Made by a program: the position numbers and the translations under genes
The notes under the pieces: generated by a model
What the model saw: only the letters and a program-made list of their open reading frames with translations
The model's database searches: none
What the model was told of the DNA's origin: nothing
Part shown: positions 54,444-64,000 of the stretch, piece by piece
Numbering within the stretch: position 1 is the stretch's first letter
How the letters are laid out: each line of letters starts with the position of its first letter
Origin: Octopus sinensis
Lineage: Eukaryota
Direction of reading: 5' to 3'
NCBI RefSeq assembly: GCF_006345805.1
Contig: NC_042999.1
Location: 115,878,001-115,942,000 of the forward strand
Length of the DNA: 64,000 nt

Positions 54444-55049
54444 CTCTATAAGTTTATATAATATATGTTAGAAATAGTTACAAAGATAGCACCGTAAAGG
54501 TATGATGCTTAAATAGTAAATAGCATTTTATTCCGTCCTTCTAATTTTTTTTAGCTCAGATCCTTGTAGGATCGATTTTCAAGAACTCTGAAATCAACCG
54601 TAGCTAAAGATACAGAACACTCCCTTGAGGTATTTTCCCTCAATTATATTGTTGATACTCATAATCAGCGTCGCTACATACAATCTATAGCCATTATGCA
54701 TAATTCTGATGAGTCTGGTTCGGTATGTGCAATTTCAATGACACCTCAAGAATCAATAGCTGCTTTATATATTTGTCTAATTTAGCAATATTGATGAGAT
54801 CGAATTCAGATAAAACAACTGTTAATTGTTAATTTCCTAATTCTTTGTAATTTCAAAACTCTACGGACATTTGTGCTTGATAAAGCAATCTATCATTTAC
54901 TGTCTTGCCAGACAGACTGTACCCGTGGATGAGCTTAATAGAGTAAACTCCAGGGTTAATACCCGAATGAAATTTATTATACTTGTATATCATTATATAT
55001 ATATTGATATATGTATCATATATGTGTATATATTATATATGTATTCGTG

Positions 55050-55090
<41 letters not shown>

Positions 55091-55261
55091 CATTTGGAGA
55101 GAGGGGTGGGAGAAGGAAAGAGAGTTCCTATAAGTGAAACCGAGACTTTGATTATCGACTCAGTTTCATGCCACTGCGATCTTCATACATGTATACATAT
55201 ATATATGTATATCAAAAGGATCAGAGGTCCTTCTTAAAACACAAATCATAAGGCCGATTTT

Positions 55262-55458
55262 TCGGATTCTGTGGGGTATAAATTACTCCCACCCTCCCCG
55301 GGCAGGATGCTGGTCTGTTGCAGGAATACTCATTTTTGACAGCTGAATAGACTGGAGCAAGGTGATATGAAGTGTATTGCTCAACAGCTCAACACATTGC
55401 TCGGTCCAGGAATCGAAATCACAGTCATAACTCAAACCACAAAGCCACGGGCCTCCAC
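55262..55458 (-). mobile_element. tRNA-headed SINE related to family C
   Basis: Reverse strand TTCGATTCCTGGACCGAGCAATGTGTTG...TTGCTCCAGTCTATTCAGCTG. Confidence 0.6.
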
Positions 55459-55857
55459 TATGTGTGTGTATGTGTGTACGCCTGTGTGAGTGTGCGTGTA
55501 TATATACATAAATATATGTATATATGTATATGTATATGTATATATGTATACACACATACATATGCATATAGTTACACACACACACACATATATATATATA
55601 TAGTTCACTTCTAAATTTTATCAATTCAGCAGACTATGCACCGCTAATGAGGTCTACTAAAACCGAAAGATATGTATTGCTTTCATCAATTGCCTGAAGT
55701 AACTAATTCCGCTCCATTCTGCATTGATAGTCCAAAGATTTACCGATCTTACTAAGAGTTTTTCCTTTCCTTTTGTTTTATAATTTTAAACAAGCCTTGG
55801 AGAAGATTTTGTTACTAATTGCTGGAATAATATCAATTGATCAAAAGTTTCCTGGTT

Positions 55858-55895
<38 letters not shown>

Positions 55896-56413
55896 ATTTT
55901 TTTAACTCGCCAAATTTTTAATATGTCAGCGTTATTACTATAAATCGAATAACTGACGATGAGTGACTGAAAAGTATAAGCGTCGAAATATTTAATTATT
56001 TCCAATTACATTCTAAGTTCCTATCTCTTCAGAGTCTCATTTACCTTTCTCTCCCTTAGCATCTCTTTATAATAATATCGGTATAAATGTTGGTTGGTTT
56101 CTTGGTCGGTTAATTTCTCCAGTCACTCTGTACAACGTATCTGGAAAGGAAAATTTAGAGAAATGCACGTATGTATGTATGTATGTATGTATGTATGTAT
56201 GTATGTATGTATGTATGTATGTATGTATGTATGTATGTATGCATGTATGTATGTATGTATGTATGCATGTCATTATTCAGTTTTATTTCAAAATTTCTTG
56301 TCATTAGAGAGAAAACCGGTTTCTAATCTAAATCCAAGGCTACATCATTGGAATTTCAACAGCATCAACAGTGTATTTTTGTATGTATGCATATGTGCAG
56401 ACTTATATGTTTT

Positions 56414-56441
<28 letters not shown>

Positions 56442-56449
<8 letters not shown>

Positions 56450-56762
56450 ATATTTCGGAATGGTCATATTGCCAGTTTAGCCAATAAAAACACACGCACT
56501 ATATATTTGGTGTTATTTTGCTTCAGTGATATTTATTTTTTACATTAATCTTAATCTTATTTCGGCCAGAGTTCTTTCTGGCCGAAATAAGATTAAGATT
56601 AATGTAAAAAATAAATAACACTGAAGCAAAATAACACCAAATATATAGTGCGTGTGTTTTTATTGGCTAAACTGGCAAAATGACCATTCCGAAATATAAC
56701 AATATCTGTTTCAACACACGACTTCACATAAAAAATCTTGCACAACAAATATATAAACGTAC
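56442..56762 (+). mobile_element. Fold-back element: about 129-bp arms, 6-nt loop, about 57-bp extension, between (TA)n tracts
   Basis: 56442-56570 versus 56577-56705, 2 mismatches. Confidence 0.9.
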
Positions 56763-56987
56763 TATATATATATATATATAATTTGGGAAAACAAATTTCC
56801 AAATCAATCAGGTGTAACCCTACAGTGTTATATGCATCTACATATTGAACTTTGGGGTCTTATTTATTGTATATTTATATATTTATCTATAAATATACAA
56901 AGTATCTGATAAACGTCAATATTCAATTATTTGTGATTAATCGACAAGCGGGCATTCTATTTTAGATAATACAAAAATAACCTAATG

Positions 56988-57056
56988 AGTATATCTGCCA
57001 GTAAACTCATGGTATAATGTGCAAACTAATACCATGAGTTTACTGTCAGATATACT
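56988..57056. repeat. Hairpin, 28-bp arms
   Basis: AGTATATCTGCCAGTAAACTCATGGTAT / ATACCATGAGTTTACTGTCAGATATACT, 1 mismatch. Confidence 0.85.
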
Positions 57057-57183
57057 TATTAGGTTATCGATTCATCCCAAATAATTGAGTATTGAGTATA
57101 TATAAAGAGTAAAAGAGTAAAAGAGTATATATATATATATGTATGTATGTATATGTATATATGTATATGTATATATGTATATG

Positions 57184-57217
<34 letters not shown>

Positions 57218-58961
57218 TGTATGTATGTATGTATGTATGCATGTATTCTCATGCATATAATTGCGTATCTAGACAAGCTCATATATGCTTAAGTGATAAA
57301 CTTCTGAAAAGTTTTACGGAATTTTACAGTTCCAGTGATTGAAATGGATCTGTAGTCTTCGAATCAACTTTCTTCTTTCTGGTTTTGGGAAGCCTAATTT
57401 CTCAAGATTAGTATTTAGGTAGTATGTTACATATCCCAGTGCCCCAATAATTACAGGTATAAACCCGAACTTATAACCTGCAAAATTCTGAATAGTTCAA
57501 TATGCATATTTGTTTTTCACTGATCTTTAGCTTTATGTTAACGTCCTCTGGGCTACTGATTTCCACAAGTGTACACTTATTAAGGTTTTCACTGGGACAT
57601 TCCACCACAACTCTTTTTTATTATGAGTGGCTATGGCTTCCATCATACTGTAGGTTCTTATTTCTTTGTACTCGGTGTTATCCTTCTGACGGATCTCGTT
57701 ATACAGCGTCCTATGTATGTATGTATGTATGTATGTATGTATGTATGTATGTATGTATGTATGTATGTATGTATGTATGTATGTATGTATGTATGTATGC
57801 ATGTATGTATATATGTATGTATGTATGTATTTATGTATGTATATATGCATGCATGTATATATACACCAAGCTAATAACCTTCCAATAAAATTATTGCGGA
57901 AGATGGGAACAAAAAGCGGTAGCAGGAATAAATAGCATTGGAGATTTTAATAAGCGCGCTCAAAAACGTTTCGCATAAACGGACTTAAAGAATACATATA
58001 TGTGCGAGTGTATGTATGTATGTATGTATTATGTATGTATGTATGTATGTATGTATGTATTGCCAAATCGAATAATCGAACATTAAATTTGACAATAACA
58101 AAACAAGAGGACATGCACATGGAATGTATTAGTTTGACGCTCAATAAAGGTGGAAAAAAGAGGTTTTTGACGTTTCGAGCATAGTTCTTCGCTAGAAAGG
58201 AAAACGAAAAAGTCCAGAGAAGAAAAAATATCAACAGCACGTGTGTGATACACATGTATGTTTTATATGATGCTGATTATATTGAAGTGATAAGCAGAGC
58301 TGTCATAAAGTTTGTTTATATATGTGTATGTTTTTTTTCCTATGTATATGCATATGAGTATATGTACGTACCTTACACACCGGAGGGGACCGTCTACTTG
58401 GTCAATCGACCAGCTACATATAGCAATCGGATACTTCTCAAATCTTATCCAACTACCTTCAAAGACAAGGGACTCATTGAAAAATGTAATGGAAAAAAAG
58501 ATAAGATGTTATCATTGGAAGGTCTTTGATAATCGGCATACCGATTCAGTACAGCTCTGCTAGTAAACAACAGATATAACACTTCATGGTCGTTCAGTGG
58601 AGTTTAATAAGCTGAAAACATTCCAATCAGCCTCATGGTTGGCCCGCTTCCCTGGGCATACTTACCAGTGTAGGTTTTCGGACTGGACTTTTGCCGCACA
58701 AAAGCTCTCCATTTACAGTTTTGTGAATTTTCTATAATTGGATAATTTGTATACTCAATCTTGCAATATTGTTCGATGTACATATTCTGGTAACATCGTG
58801 TTTTGCTTCCATGCTTATTTTAAGCTTCATGGTTTGATTATATGCGAGATTTGTTACATTATTTGTGAGTTGTGGATATTCTCGACTCAGTGTAATTCGT
58901 AATTCTGTTGTACAAAAATTGGGGCACTTTTGTAGCCTTAGAAACACGATTTATCGCTAGC

Positions 58962-58977
58962 CAATATATATATATAT

Positions 58978-59009
<32 letters not shown>

Positions 59010-59057
59010 CATATATATATACATATATATATATATATGTATATATATATAAATATG

Positions 59058-59128
<71 letters not shown>

Positions 59129-59136
59129 TATATTAT

Positions 59137-59171
<35 letters not shown>

Positions 59172-59293
59172 CCATACATACATATGTATATATATATACA
59201 TATCTTTATGTACATAAGTATGCGTATGTATGTATATATATATATGTGTATATGTATATATATATATATATATTATATATATATAATATATAT

Positions 59294-59324
<31 letters not shown>

Positions 59325-59325
59325 C
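58962..59325. repeat. Long compound (TA)n/(TG)n microsatellite
   Basis: Direct reading. Confidence 0.95.
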
Positions 59326-60151
59326 GAAATAACTTTTTACAGAATAATTGAAAATGAAAATAAAATTTTCATAGAAAAATGTAATAAAACAACAGTAAGG
59401 ATTTTAACGAAATATTTTCCAGTACTAATTTCATTGTTTATATGCTCAGGTTGCAACTAAGTAATTATTTCTTTATTAACACAATATCTCGTAATATACT
59501 TTAATCGTCTGTTCATCGTTTGTTCACTAGCTCTTAATGATTTTTTAATAATTATTTTTTCTTAGTGACCGTCAATGCCATCACTCAGTTGCTCGATAAA
59601 TATCACTTTTGTACCTTATTGGCATTTATTTTTCTCGTGAGTTTACGTGATCTAGGACGAGTAGTTGCAATACATTTGCTACATGAGATTTTGCCATCGC
59701 TTTTATATCATTATTATTACGTGACAAGTCATTTTTGCACACGTTTCTATATACGTTCATATTTAATAAAAATCACGAAAATCCAGTAATAAAGAGAAAA
59801 GTGTGGCTTCTCCGGAATAGAGGAGGATAATAGGCAGGAAAGACGAGAGGGCTGAGAAGTGTGGGTGATTAATCACGTAATTTAGCGAGAAACATTTCAA
59901 GTGCTACCAAGTAAATTTGCTTAAAATCATAAAACTACAGATATTTTGCTCGCAAGCTATTTGTAAGTTTTCAACTGCATTTTTCAATTGGTGTATTTAG
60001 TTTGATGGCTGGAAAAATTAATCAAAAAATAATGGGAAAAAGGTTCAAAGACTGTGGGATTAGGTGAATGAAGAACACATTGTACAACTAAGGAAGGATG
60101 CTGTACCATGGCGCTGGCCCTGTTCATATACATATATATATGTGGAGGGTG

Positions 60152-60245
<94 letters not shown>

Positions 60246-60319
60246 CCGTACCGAAAATCTCGCTTGTTAATCTCAGAAAAATATGAAATATATATAAAAA
60301 CACCACACTCACAATAAAT

Positions 60320-61000
60320 GAAAAACGTAAGGACAGTAAAAAGGAAAATTATTTGGTTTAACTCTTGTCTTCAAGATAAGTTAAGTTCCAACTAATTTTT
60401 CTGGTCTTTATACAACATCAACTGGAGGTAGATATTGTAGAGTTTCACAAGATTTTTTCGGAAAAGCATGTTCCAGATTCCACTCCCATACACACGCAAA
60501 CACACACATCAAACGTTGAAATTCAAGTCGTCGCTATAGATGTTTTCATCTTTTAGATATAGGAGAAATATTTTAACCATGCAAGGAAAATTGAGAATGT
60601 GTACACAAAATAATCAATATATTCATTATAATAATAGTTAATTTATGTTGCCTACGCGCGTTTCAGTTTTAATTATTTAAATCCATATTTATGCAATTAA
60701 ATTGCATTATGAATTTGCAAAAGCAAATTGTCAAAACTCATATAGTGAAAAACCTTTGTCAGAACTAATATAGTGAAGTTATTCTACGAAGCAGTATCTA
60801 AACATTTTTCTGAGAAAAATAAATACCATAAAATTATAAATTCGCACAAGTTACTTCCCGAAACATAGCACAAATTGTATCTACACAAACTACTAAAAGA
60901 TTAAATGATTTCTGTAATAATAATGGTAAAGATAATATAAATGAATTATTAAATGACCAAAATAATGAAGAATTTAATAATAGATTGAGATACACAACAA
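60320..61000 (+). mobile_element. Decayed Naiad-like PLE fragments (two partial copies)
   Basis: KRKIIWFN at about 60340; TNIVKLFYEAVSKHFSEKNKYHKIIN and RNIAQIVST at about 60760-60890, matching the WFNPP..TNIG..F..LIDKHF...HKIFN..SYS linker. Confidence 0.5.
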
Positions 61001-61240
61001 ACGAAGGAATGGAAGTAACTCTTAGAGGCACTAGAATTTAAAAATATAAGCATGAAATCTAAAAAGTGAAGAAATAATAAACAAAATACTAATAGCAAAA
61101 ACGATAATAGAAATACAACCACTAATAATACATATATCAATGCTGGTATTTATAATAGGATCAATGACCGTGTAGGAGAAAACAATGTAAACCTTAAGAT
61201 AGATGAGGAAAACAATGCAAAGACGGATAGATTAATAGTT

Positions 61241-61562
61241 AGGACTTATTCTTTGTAAGCCTAGTACTTATTCTATCGGTCTCTTTTACCGAGCCGCTAA
61301 GTGACGGGAACATAAATACACCAGCATCGGTTGTCAAGCAATGCTAGGAGGACAAACACAGACGCACAAACATACACACACACATATATACATATATAAG
61401 ACGGACTTCTTTAAGTTTCCGTCTACCAAATCCACTCACAAGGCTTTGGGTGGCCCGAGGCTATTGTAGAAGACACTTGTCCAAGATGCTACGCAGTGGG
61501 ACTTAACCCGGAACCATGTGGTTGGTAAGCAAGCTAATTACCACACAGCTACTCCTGCGCCT
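61241..61562 (-). mobile_element. SINE family B
   Basis: Near-consensus reverse copy. Confidence 0.9.
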
Positions 61563-61785
61563 ATATATATATATATATATATATATATACTACCACTCAG
61601 CAAACTGGAATTTATGCTGTGGGGAAGTTATTTGAAACAAGTTTATATGCAGACATCAATGTCAATATTATATTTATCCGGATGAAAATTTTCTTCTTCC
61701 GCTAAGGGAATCATTCCCTAGGTTTCGGGTGTCTTTCTATCATACCTTATTTACAAATTTCTTATCATATCCGTATGAATATATG

Positions 61786-62507
61786 TAAGCAAATGATCGT
61801 TATAAGAATTAATTCATTAAACGGAGTTCAATAAATGTCATCAAATAAAATTAAATGAAGCGGATTTTGTTGTTAATGATGGATTATTCATATATTCGAC
61901 TATTCTAGAGAGCTGTTTATGTCAAAAAGACCATGCTATCATCAAAGAAATAATGCACAGCATTGTCATATAATGCCGTTTTGTACTCATAAGTGGATTA
62001 TAATTAAAACAGTAAGACGTTTAAAATTGTTACCTTGAGATTTTTCTTTATAATCTTTATAGTAATACCCATACCTTTTTTTTTACCAGTAAGCTAGAGA
62101 TAAACGAGAGAGATATTTATTTGGATATGATAGGGAGGAAGTTAAGAGTAAACAATCAGATAACTTAGAAATATAAAAGTTACGCTTTTTAAGCCTTAGT
62201 CTTGAATTGTATTTCGTGAGTGTAATGAAGTAAGTAGATATTAATATAATAACAAAGAAAAAACTTAAGGTAATAATTTTAAACGTCTTATTGTTTTAAT
62301 TATGATCTACAAAAAGACATTATATGATAATAATATGCATTATTTCTTTGATGATATCATGGTCTTCTTAAGAGAATCAGCTCTCTGGAATAATTAATTG
62401 AATAAATTAGCAATCCATCATTAGCAGCAAAATCTGCTTCAATCCATCTTATTTTATGACATTTATTGAACTCCGTTTAATGAATTATTATAGTGATCAT
62501 TTGCTTA
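61786..62507. repeat. Old long inverted repeat (about 245-bp arms, about 230-bp spacer)
   Basis: Includes a perfect 31-bp match AATTCATTAAACGGAGTTCAATAAATGTCAT; the right arm abuts (TA)n. Confidence 0.8.
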
Positions 62508-62514
62508 TATATAT

Positions 62515-62548
<34 letters not shown>

Positions 62549-62742
62549 AGGAGTAAATATTCAAGCGAATATTCATATAGATATTTTATTGTTATTACTA
62601 TTAACGGCAAATATAAATAACTGATAATAATAACAACAAAAATATAGGTGGTAGCAAGCAATAATAGCATTAAATAGCTGGAGAATAAAATTTATATTAG
62701 CTCCTCCTTCTATCAAGTGGGCGTCTCGTGTGCCCTCTATTA

Positions 62743-62811
<69 letters not shown>

Positions 62812-63863
62812 ACAATTACTGGAATGATTTCATTGTAAATTGCTTCAAATTTATCATGAGCAAAATCAGACCAAAGAACAATGTGACGGCATTTTAACAG
62901 AAGATGAATGATATATAAGTAATTAGCAACTAGAACAGCATTGAATACTCCATCACTACACTAGTTTCCACTGTGAATGAGCAAGTCTATAAATTTCTTT
63001 GGGATGTGAAAATTTAAAGACAATTTTTATCATTGTCTTTCAATACATATTCTCCTCTGGCTGTTAGATGTGGCTTGTCTTATAAGACTGTCACCTCTAG
63101 AATCTTCGTGCTTTCATTAAAACTTCTCCATCAAAGCTTCTCTTTTTTCCCAAGATAATTTCCAAATATCTGTGTCATAGGTTTGATACTGATTGATGTC
63201 TGTTCCTCTTTCTTTCATTCTATATACTGTCTTTTCGACTTCAAAGCATACTAGATCAGGTGCGGGATTGTAGTAACTTTTTGAATTTTATTTCTGTCAG
63301 AAGAAATTCTAATTTTATATATCGAGAACATGTCACATTATCAATATATGACATCATTGACAGCTCTGCTCTAACTCATGAAAACCCATTAAGAATTAGC
63401 TTACATTTTCCTCTTCTACTCAACACAAATTCCTTCTCAGCTGTGGGTAGAAATAATCGATATCACGCAGCCATATTGCCTGACTGGTGGTTAACCTGAA
63501 GCTTTTATGTCATCAAAATTATATTAAATAATAATCAAAGATCAGATATGAGTTAACAGAAAATAACTATTCAGCAAAATATATTTACAAAAGCCATTCT
63601 ATGAAAAGTTATTTCGATGAGACGTATCAGTGCGACATGTGTGTGTATGTGTGTGTGTTTGTATGTGTGCGTATTTGTATGTGTGTGCATGTGTGAAAGT
63701 GTACATGTATGAATATCTGGATGGAAGGATCATACGTAAAAAAGAAACAGAAATAAGATAATTTGACAGCGATGACCGTACTCGTGTAATAAATTGATAG
63801 TCACCACCGTGGTGGGTGGATGAATGTTTTGTGTATACATAGCTGTGTTCTGTAAGATATATG

Positions 63864-64000
63864 TACAGGAATGTCTGCGTGGTTAAGAAGTTCGGTTTAC
63901 AAGTATCTGGTTTTGGAGTTCGATCCCACTACACGGTAACTTGGGTAAGTGTTTTCTTATACAGTCTCGGGCAGACAAATGGCATGTGAGTGAAACTGGT
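63864..64000 (+). mobile_element. SINE family B head (window-truncated)
   Basis: GTGGTTAAGAAG...GAGTTCGATCCCACT...TTGGGTAAGTGT. Confidence 0.7.

Overview
AT-rich, microsatellite-saturated animal genomic DNA. The SINE, LINE and microsatellite content strongly suggests an octopus (inference; no database check). There is one convincing host gene: an intact single-ORF class A peptide-type GPCR at 46512-47504 (+). The rest is transposon landscape: a near-complete Penelope-like element (PLE; RT + GIY-YIG, Neptune-type) with a hammerhead (HHR)-bearing terminal repeat, a near full-length RTE LINE, a decayed L1/Tx1 LINE, R4/Dong and CR1 fragments, several decayed PLEs, hAT, maT (DD37D) and Chapaev-like DNA transposon relics, MITEs, and three tRNA-derived SINE families. 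Almost all other ORF-track entries are microsatellite translations. The most striking unexplained signal is a recurring class of fold-back palindromes (arms about 28-415 bp). They mostly sit against (TA)n tracts, several carry minimal hammerhead ribozyme cores, and in some the fold-back point coincides with a ribozyme stem. Two short, about 97-98% identical, locally inverted duplications are also present; one pair brackets the GPCR.
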